Shown here one piece after another: positions 21,313 to 35,737 of a DNA stretch of 64,000 nt. The translations under genes and the position numbers were made by a program. Under the pieces are notes generated by a model. It made no database searches and was not told the origin of the DNA. It worked only from the letters and a program-made list of their open reading frames with translations. Location of the stretch: positions 1 through 64,000 of IMG/VR virus record IMGVR_UViG_3300029288_000095, one strand, 5' to 3'. How positions within the stretch are numbered: the first letter of the stretch is position 1; every line of letters starts with the position of its first letter. Origin of the DNA: a virus (lineage: Duplodnaviria; Caudoviricetes).

Positions 21313-24300
21313 ACGGCTTCATAATAAAAATATCGAGAGTAAGAAATAATGGACAAAAATAACTACCACCCTCAAAATGGTTGCTGGAATTGCAAGCATG
21401 AGTTTGTGTGGGAAGATTATGATTCCCCTTATGAATTTTTCTGTAATATAGACAATGATAGACCTAAATGTGGAAGCTCTTTAATAGAAGAGACATTTAA
21501 TTTTGAAGTTGAAGAAAATAATATGATTTCAAATCCGTTAATGGGCGGGGATGCAGATTACCCTGATTCAGTCCAATGGGATATTTGGGCAGATAAACAT
21601 AGTGTACGTGAAGCTGGTATATGTGATAAATGGGAGGAAAAGAAATGAAAAAGATAATCATTCTATTTGCGATCTTAACGGTTGCTTTGTTTGCGGGTGT
21701 GAAAAAACAAATAAAGTATAAATATGTAATAACAGTTTTTGAAGGTGGGCTTGGATTGAGAATATATTATACAGATAAATATAATATTTATCAAAATTCA
21801 GGAGGTATACCCGCTTGGGAATTTAATAAAGGTTCAGATAATAAAAAAATAATAGTCCCGGTAGCAAGAACTATAATTGAGGAACAGTAAAATGTCATAC
21901 AAAGATGATGGAATGATTTTTGTAGATGAAGATCATGGTACTATTATTGATGGTAAATACAAAGAATGTATTTTGCCACCATCTGAAGCAGTAAAAGTTA
22001 TGACCGATAAATGGATTGATGATGGGCAATACTGTATTCAGACTGTTAGTGATCTGCGCGATGCACTTATTGATGCACAGCAAAAGCTTAAACAAGCGGC
22101 GGCATGGTTCTATGAGTATGAACTTATCCATCATAACAAAGGTGATGTAGAAAAGGCTAAGAGAAATCGTGGACGTGGGGACTATTGTTTTGGGATAAAA
22201 AAATGAAAATCAAAGTCGGTGAAAATTCTTGTAATATTGATGCACCTATATCAGAAGGTGGATGTGAGATTTATGATGCTGATTTCCCAACAGATGCGGT
22301 TAAGTTTACAATTTCATGCGATTACCGCGATAAAAAATACGCTGCTCACAAATGTAAATATGAAGGAACGTGCGATTTCAAAAGGGAAGTAACTGATCGG
22401 GATCTTAAAGAATATCCGGATTTGTTTGAAGAAGGAGATGAATGATGGATAGAGAAAATGCAAAAATACTGGCACCTATTATAAAAGCATTTGCTGAAGG
22501 GAAGACTATTCAATTTAGGGTTACGCCCACAGATACTTGGAAGGATTTAATAGCGACTAATATTAATTTTAATTATCCACCAAATGATTTTCGCATAAAA
22601 CCAGAAAATACAGATGAAGAAATAGAAGAACTGAAGAAGGCTTATGCTGCTGGGAAGAAGATTCAGTTTTACACAAAACTTTTTGGCGGATGGCGTGATG
22701 CTGGAAGCCCAGCATGGTGTCCATACACAAAATACCGCCTTGCGCCAGGTCAGGAAGAAACACCACTGTGCCAGACATGTGTCCGTGGGGAGAATCATGG
22801 TAAGACGTGCTTCGTGGATAGTCATGTTATTAAGTGCAGTTCACATAAACCGCTTTCCCATGAAGACATTTTGCGCGGGTGGTTTAGATATATAAAAGAT
22901 GGGGATGTAGAAGGTCATTCTTGGGTAAGAGTTTTATCTTATTGTCGGGGAAAGTACACTTTGGAAGGATATGGTAGACATACTTATGATGAACTTTGTT
23001 CTAAATTTGAATGGCGTGAAAGTCCAGAGGAATATACCCTATGAACTATCTTTATACCGCATATTTACTTTTAGTTGCGTCCATTGGAATTTGTATTGTT
23101 TCGGCTGTGATGTCATATAAAAAGAATAGGATAAAAAAATGAAAAAGGATGAAACACTAACAGACAAAATCTTTCAGCTTACTACCCCGTATGATAACCC
23201 ATACCAAGGCAAAACCCCACGATGGTTATTTGTATGTTCGGCGGGGCTGTTACGATCACCCACCGGCGCTGCTGTTGCCATTAAGCCTGGATTACAAAAT
23301 GATTAAACGCGAATTCTATTGGAAATTCTTTGAACAACCAAAACGCCGAATAAGGTATTTTATAGAAAAATATATATTCGGATTGAATACTAATCCCAAA
23401 CATATTCAGTGGTATGTTGACAAACATAGGAATGAAATTCTTCTTGATCCGCCGTATAAGATTGTTAAGCTTCTTGGCTGGACTGATCAGTTTGAAGAAG
23501 ACTACTACTATGTTGTAGAAAGAATCAGTAAAAATGGAAGATTAGAAGTGGTGTATTCTTCTTGTGTATGTGGGTTTATTAGGTTAAAAAATAAATTATC
23601 TAACTATGATTATTACGATTTGGAACATCTGTGGTTCATGAATACACATCACCTTAAGAATTGTAAATACTATAAAGTTTTGAGCAGAATTAAAATTAAA
23701 TAGGATATAACATGGTAAAAGATAGTTTCTTTAGTATAGAAAATATTCCAATTGGAACATTTATAAATTATTCTGGTAAAGATTATTTGGTAACAAATGA
23801 TTATTTCCATAAAAGAATAATAGTATCACAAGAAGGATATTCTGTACCTATCAAAAATATAAATATGAAATTTATAAAAATATATAAAGAGTATGAATAC
23901 AAAGGAAATATGTTTAAAAGAAAATGTAAAGAATATTGGATGCCAGCATGAAAGATTACATCGTAGTATCAATCGAAGTTGATCAATTTTTGGAACTTGA
24001 AACCAAGTATGCCATTGAAGCGGGGATTCAAGATGTTGTTGCTGGCATTTTTCTTGAACAAGGTATCAATAAATATTCACGATCATTCCGCGCTGAAGAT
24101 GTAAAAAGAGATTGCGAATATATTATGTCAGATAAATACCTATCTGAGGATGAATGAAAATGGAATACAAAAAATGCCCAGAAGGGTTAGGACACAATGG
24201 CGATTGCTGCTGTACGTGTGAACACCAATTCGTAATAAAAGGATGGACGAAAGAAGGAAAACCAGAAGTCCAAGGCTGGGCTTGCCTATCATATTACTTC

Positions 24301-25021
24301 GTTGACAAAACAAAAGAAATCCATCATGTCAATACTAAAAGTCCGCATGGTTGTTGCGAAATGCATAAGGAGAAATAAATATGAACCGAAATAAAGTACA
24401 ACAACTGAAGCACGGCGTTTACCGGATCTACTGGAAAGGGTGCAAAAACTATTCAGTAGCAAGCATCGGATCTACATCAGATGGATCAAGATGGCTCGCG
24501 CCGGCGAATTGGATATCTGGACATTCCAGCGAAGAAGATACATGGGATCGTATAGACCATGTTGAACTGATTGAAGAAGCGAAGTACGATCAAGAAGAAA
24601 AGACGAAAAAGAAAAAATCGGTGTGGCAAGTATTTCTGAACATAGGTTTCGTCTGTACCGTCATATCTATGTTCATAGATTTGATTTCAGTCATGCTAAG
24701 TGATAATCTAAATTTGACGGTTAAGATGATATTCTTTTTCGTACTTGGATTATTCGGATTGATTATGATTGGAGCTAAACAAAATGCAGATAAACATTAA
24801 CAGCATTGTCCGCGTTGAACTGACCGAATACGGCAACGAGATACTTAGTAAAAAAATGGTCACGGATTATTATTCCGGTCGTGAAAAATCTTATCCTGGG
24901 ATGAAAGGAAATATGCTGACCACCGAACTTTGGGATATCATGCGGATCTTTGGCGACTGTCTGTGGATGGGGAACACCTACATCCCGTTCAAGAACAACG
25001 AAATAACATTCGTAGAACCTA

Positions 25022-25049
25022 TTGACAAAAATAATATCTGATGTATAAT
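25022..25049 (+). promoter_or_regulatory. sigma70-like promoter
   Basis: TTGACA-N16-TATAAT. Confidence 0.75.
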
Positions 25050-28000
25050 GGGCGCGATAAGAAAAAACAAGGAGATGAACAATGGCTAAAGTTTTATACG
25101 GGAACACAAGTACTACAACGGCATGGTTCAATAATGTAAGAAAAGGCGATCTTGTTATGTTGCATACAGAAGTAAAAACTGCGATATGTATAGTAACTTG
25201 GGACGGGCATTTGTTAGATTTGGAAACGGGTGATATTTATCCAGGGAAAAATATAAGTAAGAATTTTTTTGATAATTTCCAAAACTTGATTACAGGAACT
25301 TTCTTTGTCACAGATATAAAATCTGGAGAAAAAGTTACATTGGAACAGGAATAAAAAAAATGGATATGGGAACAACAAAGCATCGTAAAACAATCATAAG
25401 CCACGGTGACGGTTTTCGGTGGGAGATAGACTGCTACGAAGACGTGACAGAAATAAGCTATTACGAAAAACAAACAATATCAGAAGCTTCAGTTCCAGCC
25501 GTTTACGGTGACGTTCTAGTTCAGCGTTTTTCAATAGGACAAGGGTTTGATCTTGAAGTTTTTCAAGAAGCGATAAAAATGCGTAAGGCATGCGAAGAAG
25601 AACAAGAAAAAGAAAAGCCAATTCCAATCCGTTCAATATGGGATAAAACAAAGGAGCCAAGAAATGGCAAAAATAACTAAAGTGATCTGCGACCATTGCG
25701 GTAAAGAAATGTATAGTTCAGCATACGCAGTAGACAAAGCAATAGGCATAGCGTATATATACGAAAACGTGTCTGAAGAGCCTATTGTTAAATTGAAGGA
25801 TTTTGATATCTGCGCGGGATGCATTACAAAACTTAATTTGGCTATAGAAACAACAATTTACAATTTTAATCCAAATCTCTTGAAGGATGCCGGCGATGGA
25901 AAATAAAAAATACATTTATCTATACTGCTTGGTCAATAAAGACGGGAAATATTCTTGCGAATTCGACAATGAAACTTTTACAGACGACATTTCCAAAGCA
26001 GATTTTTATTTTGATGATTCTTTGTGTGGACCTACAAAGCGGGGTCAAAAAATAAAGCAGTTCAAATTCATATGTGTAGAGGAAAATAAATGTTCCACAA
26101 AGAAAAAGCGGAAATAAAAGAAAAAAAAGCCAAGCGACTACGGCAACTTTGTGAAGAAGAAACGAAGCTGTGGGCTTCTATGCGCAATCGCTACATGGAC
26201 AACCTTATTCCTCTGGATAAGCCAATATTCTACGGGTATAAGAAATTCTTTGTTGTCCGTGAAGACTATGCGCGGCGTAGAGACGCCATGATCTATAGAC
26301 GATTGTGTAAATGTATCCAATCAGTAATAACTTCACGTGATACAGACTTTATGTACAAAGATTGGAAGACGGGAAAGATGAAGCCGATGGAACATAAACC
26401 AAGGTATTACCGCGAAGTTGAATTCGGTAAAGTCCCATTGGATTTGCAGAAGTATTTCAGAAAAGTAATTCGCACCGAAACCATCTGGTTCGGAAAGCAA
26501 GTCATAAACTATCCAATATACGAACTTGAAAAAGACTTCATGTTCGTGCCGGCTATGGATAAGCACTACATAACCCATAAACGGAAGATTTACCCAGAAA
26601 TCGAATCGCGGATTGAAGAAATAAGAAAAGAAATCTGGGACGGCGGTAAGAACGAAGCCATCCTTCGCAAAATGAAAGGCTGGGGCAACGGATACGAAAA
26701 AGGCTACGATGATATCAAACGAAAGATCGAAGAAGATTGGTTAAATAAAATGGCGGAAGCGGAGGTTCAAGGCTATGTCGAAATTTAGAACAGACAAAGA
26801 AATCGAAAAAGAAATTAAATGGCTGGAAGAAAACAAACCGAATATACGTAGGTTCAATGGTTTCGGTGAAAACAATCACGAAAAAGTAGATGCAGAAATA
26901 GATGTTCTAAAAAATCGGCGTACTGAAATGCAGATATATTCTATATACGAATCGTTTGATTCTATACACGAAGACGACGCAGAAGCAGAATCACACGCAG
27001 AACTAGACGCGGCGCTTGACGCATACAGATGGATGTCAGGTGAAGATAATATGCCGCCGTCAGAAGATTGGGAAAATGCGGTGATTAAAAAATGAACAAA
27101 TTACTTCCACACCCTAAACATCCAATGTGCGATGCGTGCGTAAATGAACATTATATTTTTTGCTATAAAGAGAAATGCCGTTTGACGCAAGTATATGACT
27201 TCGATATGAATCAACTCAAAAAAACAACAAAAGCCGACATAAAGAAAATAAAAGAAAACGAAAAGATAATTGATCTTGCGGTAAAAGCGGTTGCGCATTA
27301 TGATAATCATAACCATTTTGAAATAGGAAAGGACATGTTGAGACTTTTTTCCGTGATACGCAAGTTTAACAAATCAAGGATCAAAAAATGAACAAGAAAA
27401 AAATAGAAATTATAAGAAGCTCGACGTTTTTTAGTGATGACATAATTGATATTTCAAGAATACTTGATGAAGCAATAGACGGGTATCTAACGAAAAAGGA
27501 TAAAATAATAAACATACAAGTAAAAGAAACAGACGGTCAATCGCGGTTTTGGATCTACGTAATTATAAACGGAGAAGATGAAAATGAACAACAATAAAAT
27601 CGAAATTGAAAAATCGGAATACATAAGTCTGCTTGTCGCGCAAGAGAGACTTTCACGCCTTGAAATCGGCGGCGTAGATAACTGGGATTGGTACGGAGAA
27701 TCATTAAATCCAGAAGACGAACCAGATATGGATGAATTTAAAGAAAATCTTGAAAAGGAATATGGGATAAAAAAGTGAGCGCATGCAAAAAACAAAGAGG
27801 CGCGTATGAAAAGTCAGACAGAAAAAAATTCATACAAGCCATGAAGGAAATTAAACATTTCCAAAAAGAAACATACGCCGCCAGCAAAGCGCTCCAAGTC
27901 CTTGCACCAAGCAGTTTCATCATAGTTGAACACGGGCAGAAACTACTGTATGAATATACAGTATTGGCCGCCAAAGCCTACTTCCCAGGTAAAGAAAAAG

Positions 28001-28453
28001 CGGCGCACGAATGGATCGAATGGTTCATGTATGAATGCGACATGGGGAAGAAGCCGATGGAAGCGCGGATCAATGACAAGCCGTTTCCGGTAAGGAATTT
28101 CGGCGAACTGTACGATGTGATTATGGCTTAAATAAAAGGAGAATCAAAGATGGCAATGACATTTAAGCAGGCTAGGGAAAAGCTGAATAAAATAGCTTGT
28201 GGGAAAAAGTTAAGATCAATTATATATGAAATAAACGAAACTGAATTTGGCGCATCAGTTTAATGTTATTTGTTTATAGACGGATATAATCTTGCCGAAG
28301 GATCTACGTGGGAAGAAGCATTTAGTGAATTGAATTCAAATGTGCGTTCTGGAAAGAACAAGCCGCTAAACGTGAAGCAAGCACCTTGATTTATTTTATA
28401 CTTAGATGTATAATGTAAAAATAAACGAACAAACAAAAAAGGAGAACTAGACA

Positions 28454-29575
28454 ATGACAATCAGTTTCAACGCGGCGGAAATGAAAAAAATCACGGACGC
28501 CAAAGTATCTTTCAAGGGGCTTCAGCCGGTGATCAATTTCGCGGTGAAGGAAGATAAGATCGCCGTAGGCGTGGACAATACGCTCATGCAGGTGATCGGT
28601 TCTATCAAGATCGACGCGGTGGTTAATCCCGAAGTTACGTTTTCGCTTCACTATACCCAGGTGAATGATATCCTTGCGAAGTTTGGGAAGCGCGATATAT
28701 TTCTGGAATATAAGGAAAAAGAAATTACACTGCGGGACAATAAGTTCAATTTCCGTCTGCGGCCATTGGCGAGCGGATTTAGTTCTATCATCGGAGCGAT
28801 GAAGGCGTTTAAGGGAACGAACGAAATGGTTTTCACGGTGGATGCTTTTAAGGATATTTTTGGGCGCATGACGGATTTCGTTGCTACTACAGATAACCGT
28901 CCGGCGCTTCGCGGGATCAATATGAAGTCAGTTGATGAAAAGCTTCATGTCGCGGCTACTGATACGAAGAAGCTTTCATATCACAAAATTGATGATGCGA
29001 CAGCTTACGGTATGAAAGAGCCGCCGAGTGGTATATCTATAAACCTTGATCAAGCGGCCATCTGCAAGGTAATTAGCGAAGCCGAAGATACCATTATCAT
29101 GAAGTGGAACGAACGTTCGGCGGTTTTTGAATACGGTAATATCGTGCTTATGTCGCAGCTTATCGAAGGCAAATATCCAAAATATGAACAGCTAACATTG
29201 CCGTCATATAAGTACAATACCGTAGTGGATAAGGCCGAACTGCTTGAAGCTATATCAATGGTTTCCACAATGCTTAAAGGCGGCGTTATGCTCGCGAGTA
29301 TTTCCCACCGCATAGGGATGCATTTTGGAAAAGAAGGAATCCGAGTTTATGCAACGGCGGAAGGCGGCGATTCAGATTCCATTCTTGAATATGCAAACGA
29401 CATTGAAGACTATGATATGTTCTTCAACGCGGATTACCTTACGACGATTCTGGATAAGATCGAAACACCCAAGGTTGAGCTTCATTTTGAATCAGATAAA
29501 GCGCCTGTAAAGGTAGTGTCGCACCAGGGCGACAAAAACAATTACTTTATCTTCATGCCGCTGACGAACGAATAA
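28454..29575 (+). CDS. dnaN: DNA polymerase III beta sliding clamp
   Basis: 373 aa; RPALRGI, AATD..KLS, LIEGKYPKY, FFNADYL and MP C-terminal motifs; own promoter (28386-28414) and terminator. Confidence 0.9.
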   Translation: MTISFNAAEMKKITDAKVSFKGLQPVINFAVKEDKIAVGVDNTLMQVIGSIKIDAVVNPEVTFSLHYTQVNDILAKFGKRDIFLEYKEKEITLRDNKFNFRLRPLASGFSSIIGAMKAFKGTNEMVFTVDAFKDIFGRMTDFVATTDNRPALRGINMKSVDEKLHVAATDTKKLSYHKIDDATAYGMKEPPSGISINLDQAAICKVISEAEDTIIMKWNERSAVFEYGNIVLMSQLIEGKYPKYEQLTLPSYKYNTVVDKAELLEAISMVSTMLKGGVMLASISHRIGMHFGKEGIRVYATAEGGDSDSILEYANDIEDYDMFFNADYLTTILDKIETPKVELHFESDKAPVKVVSHQGDKNNYFIFMPLTNE

Positions 29576-29605
29576 GCCATCTCCTTCCACCTCACCTCCT
29601 TGTTA

Positions 29606-29645
29606 GCCCCACGGAAGTTTCACCCCTTCTTCCGTGGGGTTTTTT
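29606..29645 (+). terminator. Rho-independent terminator after dnaN
   Basis: GCCCCACGGAAG/CTTCCGTGGGGT stem followed by T-tract. Confidence 0.85.
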
Positions 29646-29902
29646 ATATGTATATAAACATAATATTTTCATCATATTTTATGCATATATACTGATAAAA
29701 TAAATCTATAACTTAATACCGGCACACAACAATTTTAACCATGTGCCAGTAAGTGTATATATACTCCACTTACTGGCTAATAATGTAAAGCACTGATTAT
29801 TATATGCCATTAAGCGCGGGTACAATTTGTATGATTTGTATTACTAACGTCGTGTTTGTCGGGTTTATGTCTGGTTTAAGCCGATTATTCCATTAAAAAC
29901 AC

Positions 29903-29931
29903 TTGACATTTTATGTATCATAAAGTATATT
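29903..29931 (+). promoter_or_regulatory. sigma70-like promoter opening a small-ORF array
   Basis: TTGACA-N17-TATATT followed by AAGGAG-ATG. Confidence 0.75.
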
Positions 29932-31416
29932 GTAAGTGTAAGAATGAAGCGAAGGAGTTTGAGAATGAAAGTATTCACCGTTGAATTCGCGGATGGCGAA
30001 TGCATTCCAGTCGAAGCTAATAGCGCCGAAGAAGCAAGAATCCTAGCACAAGCGGCAAGGATCAGAAACGGTAAGACGTTCAAGGACGCTATTGTTCATT
30101 GGTAAAATAAATCTAAAGTACTTGTTTAGGGAGATAATCTATGAAAATAATGTATGCGGTTGTTCACAAGGATTATATTGATTCAAGGCATTTCTGCTTG
30201 ATGACATCAAATAAAAAGGCAGCCATATTCGCGTGGGAAAAAAGTAATGAAAAACATTGTCCGAATATAAGCTATAAGAAAAGCAAAAAAAATGGCTGGA
30301 TGGTTCAAGCATATAAAGTCACGCCCGTACCAAAAAAAAGGAGATCGGCATGAACAAGATCATCAATTTCGGTAGCGTGAATCTGGGATACAAGAAAGCC
30401 AATTCTGAAGTGTACTGCCGCATAGAGATCAAAGACGGACGACTTTTGATCACGGGCGTTATTGGACCGCGCAAGGGCGGCAATGCGGACGGCGGTTGTG
30501 GTCAGATTGATACCGAATTTAAGCATCGTGATCAGACGAATAACGGATACCAATTTACCGCCGATAATATAAAATTCGCTTCTGGCTGGGACAAAGAATC
30601 GTTCTTGGACTTTCTTGATATCTGGGATAAATGGCATCAAAACGATATGCGGTCGGCTTGCGAACATCAGCGGAAGCTTGGATGGACGTTCCAGACTCAC
30701 AAAGGACAGAAATGCCCCGAATGCGGATATCTTATCGGTTCTGCATGGCTGAAGGAAGAACTCCCCGCCGAAGTTATCAAGCGCCTGGAATCGTTTCCCG
30801 AAAGCAAGAAAACACCGGCGTGGTGCTAAAGGAGAAATAAAATGGTAACAGCAATATACTACACTGACAGAATTGGTTTTTTGGGATGTAAAGATGAGAA
30901 AACGGCGGATCATTTTATAAAAACGCTTATAGAAGCATATGGAGCTTCCATAAAATGGTCTATGGTTATTGATAATCAGCACGGCAAAGTTCTTTCGCAC
31001 AAATTATATGGATATGTCTAATGAAACAAATAAATAGCATAAGACAAAAAGAAGTTATCTGCCCTTATTGCGGAGCAATTGTGCTAGATAAAAATTGTGA
31101 TGAATACCATGGTGTTTGTCAATGTTGTGATCAAGAATTCAATCTTACCATTGAAACTTTGTTTACAACTGAAGTAATTAAGGAATAAACCATGGAACAT
31201 TACAATTTCAGAAATCTTCCTTGCACAATCCGTGAAGACGGTGATCTCTGGTACGTCAGCGGGGTTTACGACGATGGTATTCTTATGACATCGGGCGTCC
31301 TTGAATGGTGCTACGACGAAGCTGACGCCAAATATCATATGAACAAAATGGAAAATTACGGTTTCTTCTCACGCCTTTGCTACGGAAAATTTAACGAAAT
31401 GGCAAGGAATTAAATC

Positions 31417-31698
31417 ATGATAATCAAAATCAGCAAAAAATATTCGATTGAAATCAATTTCAGGATTATCAATCGCGAAATGATCAAACCCAAAAACAGC
31501 GGTTTGTTCATCCCGAACTTCTGGGATATGCTTGGCATGTACCCGATTATACGGAATTGGAAACAGAGATGCCCTGCAAATCAAGAATCTTGGTGGTGGA
31601 AATTAAACTCCATCAAAGAAGTTCGTGAAAAATATAATATCGGGCTGAAGGAAGCCAAAGACGCGGTTGAATATATCATCATGAAAAGGAAGATGTAA
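31417..31698 (+). CDS. Protein with ribosomal L7/L12 C-terminal-like motif
   Basis: KLNSIKEVRE...IGLKEAKDAVE matches the L7/L12 CTD signature. Confidence 0.7.
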   Translation: MIIKISKKYSIEINFRIINREMIKPKNSGLFIPNFWDMLGMYPIIRNWKQRCPANQESWWWKLNSIKEVREKYNIGLKEAKDAVEYIIMKRKM

Positions 31699-33526
31699 CA
31701 TGGGACAAGCAAAAGCTCGCGGTACATTTGAACAGCGGAAAGAACAAGCGGAAAAGAACTACGAAAAATACGTGGCTGAACGGGCATTGAAGCAAAAAGA
31801 AAGTAAAATGCCTTCTAGTGCAAAAGGAATGATACAATATCTTGCTTCGGTATCGGGTAATTCTTCTTATAGTACGAAAAAGGCTATGAAAAAATTGCAT
31901 AAAGCAGATAAACTTGCGGGGAAATAAAGGAGTTAACCCATGGAAAAGAAAACAATCTATCAGTACAAAGTCGGCGAAACGATCCTTACGCGGACATGCC
32001 GCCGAATCGACGAATCCGTTTCTTTCTACGATTACCTCGTAAAGAAAAACTACGAGATCATTCTGATCGCGTAAAGGGAGAAATTGAATGATACAAGAAA
32101 ATAAAGATTGGCTTAAAGATTATTATAGTAATCTTAAATATATAAACGAAAAAGCATATATTATTTCTACAATGGCATCATCTTTTTATAAGATTGGAAT
32201 GGACTCGACAGGAGATCGATTGGGTTCTATCGCACAAGATTTGCTTGTTATAGAAGAATCCTTACGAGATATAATATCTGAAAAAATAGGCAAAGATTTT
32301 AATCAGTCAATTGAGAATTCTAATAATATTCTTAAAACTGCATTTGCGGTTCTTGAAAAAAAGGTGAAATAGAAAAAATGGTTATAGGATCGTAAACAAA
32401 TGAAAACAGTTTATCTTGTCACATACCAATTGCCGAAAGATCTGGTTGTCGGAGTCTATGAAGACGAAGACCAGGCTCAGAAACATTATGATGAAGTTCC
32501 AGATAAAAGATGCCCGCTGCTTTATCCATGCCCTATTGATATGATAAAAAGGCAATCTGGATATTCAAAGCGGCTCGACAAGATCGTAAATAAATTATTG
32601 AGGGAGAATAAAAAATGAACATTTTCAACAAAGACTTTCAGACGATTGAAGAAGGCGAAAAGCTTCTTGCTAAAGTTAGGGCGACCCGCGATCAGATGGG
32701 CGGTGCTCTTTACTGGAATGTCGTCAACGCCGATATGCTTGAAATCGAACAGAAGCTTAACATGATGAAAATTGATAAGGAAATTAACAAATGAAAATCG
32801 AAGTAGAATCAGAAGAACTTAAAAAGATCGCGAGGAATATTATTGATTGCAGTGGTGAACAGGATAAGATAATATGTCTCGCGGGTGACATAACTTTTAT
32901 GGTATCCGTGGCGGAATCTAATGCTCGGGAAAGTATTGAAAAGGAGAATAAAAAATGACTGAAGTAACACAAAAAAGATACAAGTCTTATGGCGGATGTG
33001 TCTATGATACAAAAGAGGAATGCGCCAGGGCTGATATGGAATATCAAATCCATAAGTTCGTGGAAACTATTTCGGTATATAGATCATGCGATGCCTGCGA
33101 TGTTTCTTCAGCTTTGATAAACAAAAAAGAAATATTATTGAAAATATACAACGGCGAACAGGTATATTGAAAATGAAGTGCGATTTATGCGGATTTGAAT
33201 CAATCTACATCCAGCAGTTCCGCCATCCAGATCATAAGAATGATAACTGGAATTCGGAAGACGGGTCTATGTCGGTGATCCACTGCCCGAAATGCGGGGA
33301 TAAGATACTACTGTATTTTTGTACAGTACCTAACCCGAAGAAGGAGAAGGCGCGAAAACATTTTTATGCGACATCTGATTGGGCTAAACCAACTCCACTG
33401 CCATTCCAATGGGCGATACATACGGATCCCATTGGTGTTCCAATGTCATTATACGCGGCTATGAAATCTATGTTTAAGCGGTGGAAGAAACAAGATGATA
33501 TAGACCTACCGCCGAACAAATAATGC

Positions 33527-35737
33527 TTGACTTTTTCTGGATATATATTATATTATATAAATACGATAGTTAATTAATAACATCATATAGGAAATTACAA
33601 ATGATAAGAATTTTCAAAGAAACTGAAGATTTTAAAGCAAACCATGCCGCCGAGCAATGGTGTTCAGAAAATGGATATTCAGTAGGTATAATGCAAGGTA
33701 ATTTACCACGTGGAATTAAAAATGGAAATTTTAGTATTGCTAAATGGTCCAATCTTGATAATTTTGAAAAAAGACAACTTGATGGTGTAATGACGGGTAA
33801 TTTTCGTAATGGGCCGATAACTATAAAAATCAATATCTTATGCGATCAATGTGACTTTGATGATGCTAGCGAATGCGGTATGGATAAATCTCCGTTGCGC
33901 CAATGCCTCTGAGATATATTGATGTGGAAGGATAAAAAAGTCTATATCTGTTCGCAGAACAAAGCGCTTGACTTTTTCTGGATATGTATTATATTATAAG
34001 TGTGGTAACGAAAACGAAGGAGCTTTAGAATGCAAAAGAACATTTCCATTTCATCAACGGTGATGATCAATGCTGAAGAAAAGCGCGAAGTGATTACGCT
34101 GACGCACAAGGTAGACGGAAAGTATACCTACATAACGGATTCAAACGCGCCGTGTACCAAGGAACATGTGGAAGCGCATACGCCCGAAGAAGCTTTGAAG
34201 AACCATGACGCGATGCTTACCATCGCCGCGATGCACGAATAAAGGGGTGGTTGAAAATGTGCAATATAACTGGGTTGATGTGCGATTGTGGAACTGTTCT
34301 TGAAACACATATCGGTGATTTCAGCGTTGAACCTGAAAAAATAAAAGCATTCTGTCCTAAATGTAAACAAAAAGCATTAAAATATATTCTTAAATTTGAT
34401 AAGCAACTTATTGTTTTTGCAAGCGAAGGATGTTTGTTCATGGTGGAACTTCCAAGAAGTATCGCGCTTAACGGCGGTAAAGAATGTATACAATATAAAA
34501 ATTCGGTACGAAACAAAAGGAGTAAAAAATGATTTGGAGCGTCAAAGATATCGGGATAAACAGCCCCGCGCAGAAAGCGCTGTACCATATGCGCCGAACG
34601 TTCGTCAGATCCATACGGCGCATGAAGCAGACGAAGCGCAGAATGATGGCAAGAAAGAACAAGGCGGTGTGATATGATCGTTGTAATAAAAAACAAAGAA
34701 TGCCATGAAGCATGGCAAAATTATTTCAAAACTTTTCCTGGTCTTTCTACTCCGACAAATCTGTGTGACGCATGGTTCAAGCAATTGAAAAACGAATATC
34801 CGCCATATAAGGATGAATCAAAATGAAATCAGAAAGAAAAAAATACATAGTTTATATCGAAAACGGTAAAGTTGATCATTCACATGAAGCCGAAGAATCA
34901 TACGCCTTTGAAGATAAAGAGATCAGCAGATTCAAACTTTTGTTGGCTATTATAACCGACAACCACTTTGCGCGGTATATGGCGGATGTACTCAGATATG
35001 CTATTCGTCATTATGAATCATATCGCGGAAATGGTGCGGCGGACGTAGTTCTATTCCAAGTATCAAAAAAATATAACAAAATATGGAAAGACAAAAAATG
35101 AAGTCAGAAAACGGAATCGTAATCGGCGACCTGGAATTCATGGACTACGGCGATTATACATATACGTATGACGCCGCGCAAGATGCATACTACAAGCAGC
35201 GTATCGGGTCTGATACGCTGTATGATTCTGATGAAGAAGAATTTGAATACATTGACGAAAAGCTTTCGGAACTTTTCGCGGCGGCAAAGATATCATGAAA
35301 AAGAACTTTGGTATAAAAATCGGCGAAACATATCGGCTGAAATCAAGCCCGACATACAGCTACGTTAAGGTAGTAGCTATCGACGAAAAGAAAACGCCGA
35401 AGCTTGCAAAATGTGAACATACAGTGTATAAAGGTGATCTGGTCGGTTTCATCCGATGGTTCAAACTATCTGATCTAAAGAAGGAGTAAGAAAATGGATG
35501 TTGAAAATTCAGATCAAATTTATCCACTTATTTACGATATCGATGATATGGGCGAAGATATTATGGCCGCTTACGACGAAAAAGAACTTGCAGAAGAACG
35601 GCTTGCCGCCGATAAACGCTTTGAAGAGTTTATCAATACTAAGCCGTGTACATGCACTGGCGATGAAGTATGCCAAAGCTGCCTTGAAAAATACGTGGTA
35701 AAATAAGCTTGACTTTTTATGGATTTATGATTATAAT
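33527..35737 (+). promoter_or_regulatory. Three related promoters CTTGACTTTTT(C/A)TGGAT...TATA(A/T)T at 33527, 33968 and 35709
   Basis: Near-identical -35 and spacer; a fourth copy lies on the minus strand at 55955-55982. Confidence 0.7.

Noticed and set aside
29650-29880. Replication origin in the AT-rich gap after dnaN
   Set aside because: No iterons or DnaA-box cluster visible; AT-richness alone is insufficient.
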